DNA from: a virus
Taxonomy: Duplodnaviria > Caudoviricetes
Strand: one strand, 5' to 3'
Virus record (IMG/VR): IMGVR_UViG_3300020814_000535
DNA length: 64,000 nucleotides
Part shown: positions 1 to 9,311 of the stretch, one piece after another
How positions within the stretch are numbered: position 1 is the stretch's first letter
Layout: each line of letters opens with the position of its first letter
The notes under the pieces: generated by a model
Databases searched by the model: none
Told to the model about the DNA's origin: nothing
What the model saw: the letters and a program-made list of their open reading frames with translations, nothing else
Position numbers and translations under genes: made by a program

Positions 1-103
1 ATGTGTAATAACGCAGGTTTGCGCCGTTATAGTAATACTTCTTGTAGAACCAGTTTGAATTTCCATCGGAACAATAGATAAAATTGTCGAAAAGTTCGGA
101 CAT
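1..103 (-). CDS. hypothetical protein, 5' part only (runs off the window)
   Basis: ATG at 103 lies 2 nt after the stop of 106..1236; the frame MSELFDNFIYCSDGNSNWFYKKYYYNGANLRYYT is open to the window edge. Confidence 0.6.
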   Translation of the reverse strand, partial: MSELFDNFIYCSDGNSNWFYKKYYYNGANLRYYT

Positions 104-105
104 GA

Positions 106-1236
106 TTAGAGCCCCAGTTTACTTGCGATTTCCGTAATGCGGTCAAACATTAGTTTGCCAATGACATCCCAGCTGAATTTAGTTTCAATAGTTTGCTGTC
201 CCTTAAGCCCAATTTGTCGAGCTTCTTCTTGGTGCTCGTAACACCAGCGCATCTTGCTTCTGAGATCCATAATACTTGGATCCCCCCATTTCATTTCGCC
301 CGTGTAATGAGTCATCCACTCCATCCCAAAGACAGGACAATCTCTCGAATCAACAAGCAGGCTATTCTCATCATTCATAAAATCTATGCTGCCGCCGTAT
401 CGAGGACCAATGGTCGGTTTCCCATGAAGCATTGCATCGGCGAGATTGATCCCAAATCCCTCAGCCCTTGTCGGGCTAACAAAACAACTTCCTGTATTGT
501 GAAGCATTAACATTTCATCATCGCTCAAGAGTTTTCCAATAAATAGGATAGGCGGATATTTAGAAAGATTCAAAACAGACTTCGTACTGTCGATATCTGC
601 CTTAATGATATTTCGTTCGGTCTGAGAAGAACCTTTTCTGTAGGCCTTGATAGCCAAAACAACATTATCTGAGTCTCTTTGAAACTCTGTAAAGTAGGCT
701 GTTAGGAGAGCGAATGGGTTCTTTCTCTCTGTCCATTGGAAGATAGAATAGAACCAGTATTTGTCAGAGTATTCTGGGAATTTTTGAGAAGGATCTGAAT
801 TCATCTTCTTGAATCCGTGAGGGACACAATGGATAGGTTTTGTTACGCCGCTTCTCTGAAATACCCCAATGTTCCATTGCGAGGGAACCCAAATCTCATT
901 CATCAGATTACACAGATCTACCCACATGCCGGGGATTGGTTCTGCCTCCCAGGTTGTGTAACCAATGTTGTAGACGCCGGGTCTGGGGTTACGGAAACGA
1001 ATGTAGTTTTCCGGGGTCAGATGAACAATACGAATTCTTGCCCCAGGATCTGGTTTAATGAGGCCCGAGAACTCTCCGATTAGATGATGCCCTGTTTTTT
1101 CTCTCTCAAATGAAACCTGATCGATGGACAGGTCGATATCTTTGTAGTTCATCAACATGCGAACATAGTTTCTGCTCGCCGAAGCGTAACCGCTTGAATC
1201 TCCCAAGGCCCCAACCCAATGAACCTTTATAGACAT
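106..1236 (-). CDS. glycosyltransferase, GT-B fold, GT4-like
   Basis: N-terminal SGYAS motif, EIWVPS, RKN, and C-terminal 'FVSPTRAEGFGINLADAMLHGKP' (EGFG motif; second acidic residue is D). Confidence 0.9.
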   Translation of the reverse strand: MSIKVHWVGALGDSSGYASASRNYVRMLMNYKDIDLSIDQVSFEREKTGHHLIGEFSGLIKPDPGARIRIVHLTPENYIRFRNPRPGVYNIGYTTWEAEPIPGMWVDLCNLMNEIWVPSQWNIGVFQRSGVTKPIHCVPHGFKKMNSDPSQKFPEYSDKYWFYSIFQWTERKNPFALLTAYFTEFQRDSDNVVLAIKAYRKGSSQTERNIIKADIDSTKSVLNLSKYPPILFIGKLLSDDEMLMLHNTGSCFVSPTRAEGFGINLADAMLHGKPTIGPRYGGSIDFMNDENSLLVDSRDCPVFGMEWMTHYTGEMKWGDPSIMDLRSKMRWCYEHQEEARQIGLKGQQTIETKFSWDVIGKLMFDRITEIASKLGL

Positions 1237-2549
1237 TCAAGAACCCCTTCCTCTTTGGATCGAGAGATATAGGCTTCGTCAAAAACTTTAATCCATTCAT
1301 TAGAAAGCTTGGCCCACGAGTTCTCTTCTGCGAATTTCCGAGCGCGAGAACAAATATCTTTATGCTTGCTGGAAAAACGATTCCTGTAACATTCATCCAT
1401 CTTAGAAACGATATCTTCTAGTCTGGCCACAGGGCGGAAACCTGAAGAATCGATAAAGACCTTTTCCTTGCAGGGATACATGTAACCTCTATCTCCGTCA
1501 GCCCCAATAATCTCAAAGAAGGACGTTGAAGCTGGGACAACAACTGGAACTTCAGCGGACATTGCTTCCAGAGTTGAAAGGCCAAAGCCCTCGCCAGTTG
1601 TTGTGGTGATGTAGGCATCTGCAGAATTGTAAAGTTCGTTCAGATGGACAGGCGGAATCCCATTGGCAGTTTCGTATTTGGCCGGCAAAAGAACCTGCTT
1701 CCCAATCTCCAGACCTACATCGTGAACAGCGACAGCCAAGTCAATCTCAATCCCGCCAGCCCACAATCCATCCCTCACGGCCGTATGTAAATATAATTTA
1801 GAATTGGGGTGAATTTTCAAGAAGTCATTGAAGGCTAGGATTGTACGTGCGATGTCTTTTCGGAGGCTATTTCTATTTACATTAATGAATAAAAAGGTGT
1901 TGTCGTCATCAATTTTAAGGATCTTAGACCTGATGGCTCGTCTGTGTTCAAGTGGCAGCTTTTTGTAAACATGAGTATCAACACCATGACTAATCACCGC
2001 ATCTGGTGTAATCCCAACATTAAGAGACTTGGCTTTCCCGTAATTGTTATAGGCCACCTTCTTATCTGCAATATCTAACAAGCCCTTCCAGGTCGGAAGA
2101 ATGCCACAGTCTACTGGGTAATAGTAGATAATCCTGAATGGATTTTGGCCCGACTCCTTAATCTCGGAACGAACCTGCTGAATCTGCTGAGAGATCTGGG
2201 TCGTAACAAACGTATCATTGACCACAAAAAGCAGGTCGTAATTCTTCTTCTTCAAAGCTCTCAATAGCATCTCGCAGCCGTAGGGATCGGCTTTATTCAA
2301 AAGAGCTGCTGGAGTAATCTGGTAGGGATATTCATTCTTGTCGTAGAAGTCTCCGTAATAGTTAACGCCGATAATATCTACATCGTACTTGCCTGTTTTG
2401 TATAGATACTTCAAGACATTCTTCATCACAATGCCAAATCCAGTGGTTTGGGTTGGCGCGTCTCCCCAGCAAAGCAGTTGAATCTTTTTGGGAGTTGGCC
2501 GTTCTATGGAAGCGGTCTCTTTAAAGCCCGAGGATTTTTTAATTTTCAA
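1227..2549 (-). CDS. glycosyltransferase, GT4-like
   Basis: TGFG near the N-terminus, 'HGVD', 'NRNSLRKD', 'GEGFGLSTLEAMSAEVPVV' (E-x7-E); TTG start. Confidence 0.9.
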   Translation of the reverse strand: MKIKKSSGFKETASIERPTPKKIQLLCWGDAPTQTTGFGIVMKNVLKYLYKTGKYDVDIIGVNYYGDFYDKNEYPYQITPAALLNKADPYGCEMLLRALKKKNYDLLFVVNDTFVTTQISQQIQQVRSEIKESGQNPFRIIYYYPVDCGILPTWKGLLDIADKKVAYNNYGKAKSLNVGITPDAVISHGVDTHVYKKLPLEHRRAIRSKILKIDDDNTFLFINVNRNSLRKDIARTILAFNDFLKIHPNSKLYLHTAVRDGLWAGGIEIDLAVAVHDVGLEIGKQVLLPAKYETANGIPPVHLNELYNSADAYITTTTGEGFGLSTLEAMSAEVPVVVPASTSFFEIIGADGDRGYMYPCKEKVFIDSSGFRPVARLEDIVSKMDECYRNRFSSKHKDICSRARKFAEENSWAKLSNEWIKVFDEAYISRSKEEGVLECL

Positions 2550-2560
2550 GACTGAGAAAC

Positions 2561-3664
2561 CTATAGAACTTCAAACACTGCGGAGGAAGGACCGTTAAGA
2601 TTACTGTAGTTAATCAACCAGGGTCGAGTTACTACTGGGTTGTTCTGTAACATGCAAATCGCTGGTTCTGCAACCATATCAGAAGAAATCTTAGACCAGC
2701 AAGCAAAATTTGAACGACATTGAGACCACCAACAATTCTTACATTTTAGGTCGTAGGCTCCCCAGACGGCGACTGCTTCGGGATGGTAGTTTACGCGCGC
2801 ACGCGGATCTGTAGGACCAAAGAAAGTAACAGTGTTTTTGCGAAGAGCTGAAGCTAGATGAAGGACGGAAGAATCGGGGCAAAGAACTAAATTCGAACAC
2901 TCCACCAAAGCGGCAATGTGTCTGACATCTTGATTCTTTAGTTGAGTGACTCCTTCGAGAGTCCAGTCTACATCAGAGACGTTGTCGCTATGAAGAATGA
3001 CAATTCCTCTAGAGTTCTTTACTGTAGTAAGAACTTTAACCAGGGCTTTCTGAAGAACAATCTGAGGAAGATCTCTTCTAGTGGTAGAGGAGTTTACCTG
3101 AACAAGAACCAGCTTCTTTCCAGAGAGTCTTCGGTAATCAAGCCAATCTCTAGCCCAGTTTCTCTCTTCTTCTTTTACTTCGTAATCCATTCCTGGATCC
3201 GAGAGAGGAATAGTTAATCCCGCGTGTCTTGCAAATAGATCAATACGGTTAATTGGTTGTGCGCCGGGAACTTCGTGAGCTGTACAGGGGCAAGTTAGAT
3301 TGATAACGACGTCAAAGTCTTCTGCCTTGATATCGTGGAAATCAACCAGGCTATCAATGTATTTATTTCCATCCAGCACTTTCATTAGCGCCCCATTTAA
3401 ATAAAGAGGATCTGTCCCATAGGTAATATGGCAATTTGGATAGGTCTTCTTAATTCCCTTGATCGTAGGAGTTGTCATCAGGACGTCGCCAATTCCCCCA
3501 CGAGAACGAATGATAGCAATTGTTGGAGGGGCTCCTTGGAGAAGCTTGTTAAACCTTCCAAGAGGAGAACCTTTTGGAGGACGGACGGCTACAGTATCGT
3601 GACCTGGAAACTGGGTTTTAGCTACTAATCCACCCTGAGTGTCGGTGACAAGAACCTTAGGCAA
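2561..3664 (-). CDS. glycosyltransferase family 9 (ADP-heptose:LPS heptosyltransferase-like)
   Basis: 'RGGIGDVLMTTP' and 'CPDSSVLHLASALRKNTVTFFGPTDP' match GT9 motifs; Cys cluster CKNCWWSQC..C; TTG start with AGGAG SD. Confidence 0.85.
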   Translation of the reverse strand: MPKVLVTDTQGGLVAKTQFPGHDTVAVRPPKGSPLGRFNKLLQGAPPTIAIIRSRGGIGDVLMTTPTIKGIKKTYPNCHITYGTDPLYLNGALMKVLDGNKYIDSLVDFHDIKAEDFDVVINLTCPCTAHEVPGAQPINRIDLFARHAGLTIPLSDPGMDYEVKEEERNWARDWLDYRRLSGKKLVLVQVNSSTTRRDLPQIVLQKALVKVLTTVKNSRGIVILHSDNVSDVDWTLEGVTQLKNQDVRHIAALVECSNLVLCPDSSVLHLASALRKNTVTFFGPTDPRARVNYHPEAVAVWGAYDLKCKNCWWSQCRSNFACWSKISSDMVAEPAICMLQNNPVVTRPWLINYSNLNGPSSAVFEVL

Positions 3665-3692
3665 GAGATGAATCTCCTAAAGACTTGTTCTA

Positions 3693-3721
3693 AATTTACT
3701 ACGGAAGAAACGGAGGGGCAA
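3693..3721 (-). promoter_or_regulatory. possible sigma70-like promoter for the glycosyltransferase genes
   Basis: TTGCCC-N17-TAAATT in the 60-nt gap upstream of the GT9 gene. Confidence 0.3.
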
Positions 3722-3724
3722 TAC

Positions 3725-4306
3725 TTATTGTTCAGATTGAAGAACGGTCTGATAAGTTTTCATTACGCGATCTTCTAATCCACCTGGTTTCCAGACGTCG
3801 GTTTTATATTGAGGGTCGTAGATTCCCAGATAGACATTCAGAACGTTGATTAACTCATGGACAATTGTTGCTTGCCAAACTTCTTTCTGTTCGGCTGGAG
3901 AGTTGACACAGATCTTTTCGTGCTCGTTTTCAATTGGACAAAGTGGCGGCCAAACCCTTGAAACCCAAAGTGTTGTTCCAAAAGAATGAGTACACCCAGC
4001 TTTTCTACCAAGACTTGATCCTCTCGGACACTCTTCAGGCTGATCAATCATGCACATCCAAATCCAATGATCTTTCAAATATTCCGCCCAAGAAGAATAA
4101 TCAATCAGTCCTTCTCTTTGAGCTTCTCGAGCAATAAGAACTAATCCAAGATCAGCATTTCTAACTAGCAGATCTCCATTGTTGCAATCTTGAACAGTCT
4201 GAAGAACACTGTATTTCTCTTCCCCTGCAATAGGAGTTAGACCTTCTGAAGTGGAGGGACGACAAGCTGATAAGGCTAGAAAGAAAGACAAAAGAATATA
4301 TTTCAT
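3725..4306 (-). CDS. predicted lipoprotein, Cys-rich, with a degenerate zincin-like motif
   Basis: signal peptide with lipobox MKYILLSFFLALSA-C; 'ATIVHELIN' (HExxN). Confidence 0.7.
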   Translation of the reverse strand: MKYILLSFFLALSACRPSTSEGLTPIAGEEKYSVLQTVQDCNNGDLLVRNADLGLVLIAREAQREGLIDYSSWAEYLKDHWIWMCMIDQPEECPRGSSLGRKAGCTHSFGTTLWVSRVWPPLCPIENEHEKICVNSPAEQKEVWQATIVHELINVLNVYLGIYDPQYKTDVWKPGGLEDRVMKTYQTVLQSEQ

Positions 4307-4321
4307 TATTAAAAGACTTGT

Positions 4322-4885
4322 TTACTTTGGGGAAAACAAAACAGAAAAATCAGGATCGGTATCGTCAGTTACTTCTTGAGCAGTCGGCCGATAATCAACA
4401 GTAGCAATCGCGACAGGATCTGAACCAGCGAGACAATGTGGAATCCTCAGAGGAGCACCAGCTTTTGGTCCTGTCGGATTTCCATTAACATCTACTTCCT
4501 GTCCTTTCAAATGACTATTCCCAAGAGAAGCGAACTTTTTGCTGAACTCTTTTGGAGACCAAGGTCCTCGAAGAAGTTTTGGTTGTCTCGGCTGAATTCT
4601 CAATAATCTTCTAAATGCTTTAGGAAGAACAGTCTGATCTAGACTATCTGGAAGCAACAGATAAAGATCCCATAGCCCGCCTGAAGCTTCACTTTGAGTC
4701 CCAATATCAACTCCAGAAACAATAAGTGTCGCTATCAAATCTAACTTGATTCCACTTTCATGGATAGCAATAAGATGCTTGTGGACAAATTGAACCCCAT
4801 CTGGCTCTCTCAAGGCAAAAGTATTAGAAGCCTCGAAAGCCAACTTTTCCTTTCCTTGAGCTACTGCGACTATGCAAGAAATCAT
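4322..4885 (-). CDS. hypothetical protein (187 aa, starts MISCIVAV)
   Basis: ATG 2 nt after the stop of 4888..6048; GC returns to background here; the longer ORF call is an overlap artefact. Confidence 0.7.
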   Translation of the reverse strand: MISCIVAVAQGKEKLAFEASNTFALREPDGVQFVHKHLIAIHESGIKLDLIATLIVSGVDIGTQSEASGGLWDLYLLLPDSLDQTVLPKAFRRLLRIQPRQPKLLRGPWSPKEFSKKFASLGNSHLKGQEVDVNGNPTGPKAGAPLRIPHCLAGSDPVAIATVDYRPTAQEVTDDTDPDFSVLFSPK

Positions 4886-4887
4886 GG

Positions 4888-6048
4888 TCAGACCACCGTG
4901 TAAACGCCCGGCTGCTCGGGGCGGATGGGGATGCGCGAGAACTGGGGCAGCAGCTTGTAGGCGCCAGCCCATCCGCCACTGACGCTGTACTCGGAGCGAT
5001 CGACGTTGGGCGGGGTGAAGGTGTCGTCGCAGCCACCCGAGGCCCAGTCCACCCAGGCGCAGAGCATGCCGTTGCGCCCCGAGACGTGCAGCCAATGCAC
5101 GCCGTCGTCGCAGATGTTGATCGGCACGGTGACGAGCCCCGCAGCGCCGCCGGTCGCCGCCGACGTGACTTTGAACTGGCCCGTGGTCTGCGAGTACCAG
5201 AGCGATACGTGGTCGTCCGCCTCGCTGCCGTTCTTGAACAGGCGGTAAATCAGCGTGTCGGCCGCTGGCGTGTGGCGGGGCATCATGAACGGCAGGCAGA
5301 GCGCGAACGAGGTGTAGTCACCGACGAGGGAGTGAACGATCGGCGCGTCAGTCGTGCGGGTTGCTGCAGCCGCTACGGTGTCAATCGGCGACGATGGATA
5401 GGCGCCGATCTCTAGCTGCGCTCCCCAGTACCAGGTGTTGACAGTGACGGTATCGCCGACAAACGTGGTATTTCCAGACGCATCGCACGCGTAGACCGAC
5501 GGGTTCTTATTGCCGGCGGTGACCGTCTTGCGAACGGACGCCCGGCAGATGTCACCGCCGCACTTCACAATCCTTGCCTCGACCGTCGCCGGAAAGCTGT
5601 TTGTGATAACGGCTCCGGTCGCCAGGTTGAAGGTGACAGTGCTCGCCCCGTCGAAATCGAGCTGCACTCCAACCTTGTTTCCCTGCTTCGCGAATATCGA
5701 GAACGTGTAGGCCGCCCCGGAGCATGCAATGTTGGCGTGCGCCAGGCCGTGATATGTGTTGGTCAGGTTCCCGATGGTACCGTCCATTGCGGCTACGCCC
5801 GTCGGTCCTATTGACCCATTCACCGATACCGTGGTCAGGTTTGCCCACCCCCACGGAGTGGTCTGATCCATCGTGCCGGATTGCAGCGCGACGTTCTGTC
5901 GCTCAGGCTCCAACCGCACGCCCGGCAGGTAGAGCCCGCGCGCGGCGTCGTAGGCCATATCGCAGCGAGGCCAGCCCGCCCCGACGAAGAACAGCTGCAC
6001 CGCGTTGCTGAGGTAGCGCTGCAGGTATGCCACAGATGTACGCGCCAT
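4888..6048 (-). CDS. fibre/spike-type virion adhesin with a carbohydrate-binding beta-sandwich
   Basis: 'LEPERQNVALQS' and 'WGAQLEIGAYPSSPIDTVAAAATRTTD' resemble the LIE..RTN / WGAQLE..PTSYIPT...TRAAD motifs of phage spike and fibre domains; GAGGTG SD. Confidence 0.65.
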   Translation of the reverse strand: MARTSVAYLQRYLSNAVQLFFVGAGWPRCDMAYDAARGLYLPGVRLEPERQNVALQSGTMDQTTPWGWANLTTVSVNGSIGPTGVAAMDGTIGNLTNTYHGLAHANIACSGAAYTFSIFAKQGNKVGVQLDFDGASTVTFNLATGAVITNSFPATVEARIVKCGGDICRASVRKTVTAGNKNPSVYACDASGNTTFVGDTVTVNTWYWGAQLEIGAYPSSPIDTVAAAATRTTDAPIVHSLVGDYTSFALCLPFMMPRHTPAADTLIYRLFKNGSEADDHVSLWYSQTTGQFKVTSAATGGAAGLVTVPINICDDGVHWLHVSGRNGMLCAWVDWASGGCDDTFTPPNVDRSEYSVSGGWAGAYKLLPQFSRIPIRPEQPGVYTVV

Positions 6049-6056
6049 GCGTCACC

Positions 6057-6881
6057 TCACATCGACGAGGGATAGATGCTGCCGCTGTCGTTGCGGAGCG
6101 CGGCGAGGCCGGTGTAGATCTGGAGCTGCTTCAGCGCTAGAGCCTGCATCTCCGCAGCGCCCGTTGCGCCGGCCGACCATAGGTCTGCGACGGAGTACGC
6201 AAACAACGCCGCGACACCGCCTATGAACGGCAGGGTTCCATCATAGCCACTCCCGAGCATGAGGCTATCTCCGGAATTCGAGAAGGTGCCAAGGGCTGAT
6301 AGGTCGACCCCGGTCCCAACAACCCCGTTCGCAAATCCTCTTCCGCCATAGCCGGTCGCCTCGGTCTTGTTGATGCCGAAGGTGAACAACCCCCACGCAC
6401 CGCCGGACAACGCTGGAGTCGAAACGCTCCCAAACGAGCCCCCGGAGTAGACATACAGAGAGACCCCGTAGGATGCCCCGACGTACAGTTGCCAACCCTG
6501 ATTGGAGGGGGCGAGGTGCATCTGGCTCGCGAGCCGCCTTGTTGCCACGGTTGGGGATGCGATAGCGCCGAACCATAGATCATTGGCCCCGATGTCCCCG
6601 ATCCCGTTTCCGGAGAAATACTTCGCGCCAGGAAAGGCCACGGACTTGCCCGGATGCGCTGGTGAGTATCCTGAAGACGGGTTGGCACCCGCTCCAGCGA
6701 GTGACAGCACCGTCGACGACACGCGGTCAGCGATGGTCAGAGCGGACCAGTTCACATCCGCCGCTGCAAAGAACATCGTCGGGGAGATGTCCATCCCGGC
6801 GCGAACGTGCAGCACGCGAGACTCCCACAGCCGCTCTACCCCGGCGACGACGGGATCGACGATGATTCCCTGGCGGCGCAT
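6057..6881 (-). CDS. concanavalin A/LamG-like lectin-domain virion protein
   Basis: 'GWQLYV', 'GAWGLFTF', 'FANGV', 'LMLGS...FIGGVAALF' follow a LamG-like pattern; TAATG coupling to the upstream gene. Confidence 0.55.
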   Translation of the reverse strand: MRRQGIIVDPVVAGVERLWESRVLHVRAGMDISPTMFFAAADVNWSALTIADRVSSTVLSLAGAGANPSSGYSPAHPGKSVAFPGAKYFSGNGIGDIGANDLWFGAIASPTVATRRLASQMHLAPSNQGWQLYVGASYGVSLYVYSGGSFGSVSTPALSGGAWGLFTFGINKTEATGYGGRGFANGVVGTGVDLSALGTFSNSGDSLMLGSGYDGTLPFIGGVAALFAYSVADLWSAGATGAAEMQALALKQLQIYTGLAALRNDSGSIYPSSM

Positions 6882-7507
6882 TACTCACTCACCCCGATTG
6901 TCCCGGTGATCGTGTCGTCGTCGCCATCTGAGGTTCTGTCATACCACACCCCTATATACGGAAAGTCGCATTCAAATTCAAGTTTCTGTACACCTACTGC
7001 GCTAATATTAAGAATAGGAGTTGCTAATGCATCAGCTGTCGTGATCGAATCTGTGTTGCCAGCAAAAACTTTAATAATTCCAACAGCATTAAAAGGTCCT
7101 GCACCACCCATCGCAAAAGTCAAATCTATAGAAACTTTATTTAATCCAGACTTGTTTATCACAGAAGAAGTTCTATCTGTATCCATTGTAGTTCCAGCAG
7201 CAAAAAGAGTTGTTACGGTAGCTGTTGGGGGAGCAATAGCAAGAGAAGTTGCTGGAGTCTTTTGACCCAAAGAAGCAGGAAGCTTTGCATTAATATCAGT
7301 TAACTTGCCACTCTCTTTGGCTGGATCTGTTGGAATGCTATCTGTCTTCGTTTTGATAGAACTAGCTGTAGTAGAAATTGTACTAACTGTAGACGAGATC
7401 GTAGCTAGGATTACTCCAATGGCTTCTGTAGTTGCCGAAACTAGTCTATTAGAAATCTCTCTAAGAAGACCAAGAATGCCAGGGCCGTAATCTGTAGTAA
7501 TAGGCAA
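6881..7507 (-). CDS. putative virion protein
   Basis: Ser/Thr-rich N-terminal half and beta-rich C-terminus; operon position; TTG start with AAGGTG SD. Confidence 0.6.
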   Translation of the reverse strand: MPITTDYGPGILGLLREISNRLVSATTEAIGVILATISSTVSTISTTASSIKTKTDSIPTDPAKESGKLTDINAKLPASLGQKTPATSLAIAPPTATVTTLFAAGTTMDTDRTSSVINKSGLNKVSIDLTFAMGGAGPFNAVGIIKVFAGNTDSITTADALATPILNISAVGVQKLEFECDFPYIGVWYDRTSDGDDDTITGTIGVSE

Positions 7508-7520
7508 TTAGATCACCTTC

Positions 7521-7910
7521 CTAGAGGGAGAAAATGATTTTTGTTCCCGCCGAAATTGCCACAACCTTGAAGTCTCTAATGTGTTGATTGGTTGACCAAG
7601 TGCTACCTGATGGAACTGTGATCGTATCTCTAAATCCAGCTACTTCTCCAGAAGGCAGAGGAACGCTATAGAAAGCTCCATTAGCCAGCCAGGGATTTAG
7701 GTTTTCATGTGTTCCGCGAATTTGTTCGCATACATTGAGCTGCAGCTGAGTATCTCCGTAAAAAGATTCTACCTCAAGGCTTTTTCCATACCCACCCAAC
7801 GAAGTAAAAACATCAACAATATCTCCAGTAGTTACACCACTGGGCCAGGTTAGATTAGCTTCTACCTTATGATAAGAAGCTTTTGGAAATCTTACTTTTG
7901 TTAAGGACAA
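7521..7910 (-). CDS. putative virion protein
   Basis: strong AAGGAGG SD before TTG; operon position. Confidence 0.65.
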   Translation of the reverse strand: MSLTKVRFPKASYHKVEANLTWPSGVTTGDIVDVFTSLGGYGKSLEVESFYGDTQLQLNVCEQIRGTHENLNPWLANGAFYSVPLPSGEVAGFRDTITVPSGSTWSTNQHIRDFKVVAISAGTKIIFSL

Positions 7911-7934
7911 ACCTGGTCCTCCTTACTAATCTTT

Positions 7935-7940
7935 ATTATA
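7935..7940 (-). promoter_or_regulatory. possible -10 element
   Basis: perfect TATAAT in a 32-nt intergenic gap; no good -35. Confidence 0.25.
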
Positions 7941-7942
7941 GC

Positions 7943-9295
7943 TTACCAGGTGCAAAGCACAATCCCGCTGCCTACAACTCCAGAAGGAGTAACGCCATCG
8001 TTTCTATCTACAAATCTGAGTTCAAATTCATTTGTTGATGTGTGGCTAACTACGTAGGTTAATTCTCCAGATACCAATGGAGATGGAGAAATCTGAATTA
8101 CTTTCACATCTGGAAATGAAGATTGGTTATGTGTTACTGTTGCCCCGGATCCAATTAAAGCAACTTCCATTCTTCTGAAATAGCTAGAAGAGCGTGTTTC
8201 TGCTGGAGTTGCCGCCCAGCCCATTACGTCATCTAAAACACCGATTGAAGTCTCTAGGCTGGTCCCGTCTACCACGTAATCATTGCTCGAATAGTTAGGA
8301 GAATCATCTGAAACGCTTCCCTGGCCAACGAAAGTTTCAATCTTAGTTAGAGCCGTCACTAATCCATCAATGTCTGTATAATTGTAGCCCCAAGGGTTGG
8401 TTGCCGATTTTGTTCCCGTGCCATAAGTATCATTAAGTAGATCTCTAAGAGAATCTGGACCAGCTGCATACAAAGCTGGCATAGCAGTTGTCCATGTTGC
8501 TCCACCTGCATAGGTCTTGATTCTGGTGCGAACCTGATTCAAATCTTCTTGAAGATTTGCTGGGGCTCCAACAAACGAATCATTGTAGAGTGCTGATTGG
8601 GCAACGTCTATTTGGTTTAGATTGATTCCCGAGTGAATTAAAGAAATATCTGAGTTCCAGACTCCTCCGTGAGCGAGAAGAAGAGCGTGGACCATATCCT
8701 TGACTGAGTAGGTTAGGTTTGCCCCGCCATCATCGTCCAGCGAATAACTGCCTCCGTAGACATCCTGAGCCACCTGAACAAGATTCAGTCTGCTTCTTTC
8801 TGATTTCCCGTCGAGAGAAGACGCTGTGGATGTCTGGGTAACATCAAAGATATGAATACCAATTGCGGACTTCTGATCTGCTGTTAGTGCGCCCGAAGAT
8901 GAAGATCCTTCGATGCCAGCGAGAATTGTGTCTGCCGTATCGTCTACATAGGTATATAAATCATCCAGAGCTTCCTTAACTGTCTTTGGACGAGAAAGTG
9001 CTGAATGATAATAGGTTAGAGGATCTGAAGTAGAAGTAACATCTGAATCTACCCAAAGAGTTCTGGCATCTAGACCATTAGCAATTGCATCAACAGAAGA
9101 GTCTTCTTCTCCAATGGGAACCGAGTCCAGAAGGGCCATGAGGCCGTTGTTCCACTGTTTGCTGATTTGGGTCAGATCGCTAATGAGTTCGTCGAAAGTA
9201 TCTGTAATATCTTCAGAAGAGCGAGGGCCTCGGTAGGCTTGAGGCCTCCGAATCATTGAAGGATCAAAGCGCTTAATGATATTACTGCTGGACAA
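7943..9295 (-). CDS. tail fibre/baseplate-attached structural protein
   Basis: N-terminal 'YRGPRSSEDITDTFDELISDL' motif shared with the upstream paralogs; repeated short helical units; C-terminal 'TVTHN..SFPDVKV' beta domain. Confidence 0.55.
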   Translation of the reverse strand: MSSSNIIKRFDPSMIRRPQAYRGPRSSEDITDTFDELISDLTQISKQWNNGLMALLDSVPIGEEDSSVDAIANGLDARTLWVDSDVTSTSDPLTYYHSALSRPKTVKEALDDLYTYVDDTADTILAGIEGSSSSGALTADQKSAIGIHIFDVTQTSTASSLDGKSERSRLNLVQVAQDVYGGSYSLDDDGGANLTYSVKDMVHALLLAHGGVWNSDISLIHSGINLNQIDVAQSALYNDSFVGAPANLQEDLNQVRTRIKTYAGGATWTTAMPALYAAGPDSLRDLLNDTYGTGTKSATNPWGYNYTDIDGLVTALTKIETFVGQGSVSDDSPNYSSNDYVVDGTSLETSIGVLDDVMGWAATPAETRSSSYFRRMEVALIGSGATVTHNQSSFPDVKVIQISPSPLVSGELTYVVSHTSTNEFELRFVDRNDGVTPSGVVGSGIVLCTW

Positions 9296-9311
9296 GCTCT
9301 AACCTACTTTC

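Larger units (their letters stand above)
3679..4322. repeat. 11-bp direct repeat AAAGACTTGTT (3679..3689 and 4312..4322) flanking the lipoprotein gene
   Basis: exact 11-mer in both gaps flanking the gene. Confidence 0.5.
4885..6930. other. high-GC horizontally acquired cassette of two adhesin-like genes
   Basis: sampled 60-nt lines are 55-75% GC versus about 38% just outside; edges are sharp. Confidence 0.85.

Noticed and set aside
4886-5095. N-terminal 70-aa extension of ORF 4322..5095
   Set aside because: It overlaps the real 4888..6048 gene in another frame inside the GC-rich cassette; the ATG at 4885 is the natural start
4824-7490. Many short overlapping ORFs on both strands in and beside the GC-rich cassette
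   Set aside because: Expected from stop-codon scarcity in high-GC DNA and from antisense shadows; no SD or motifs
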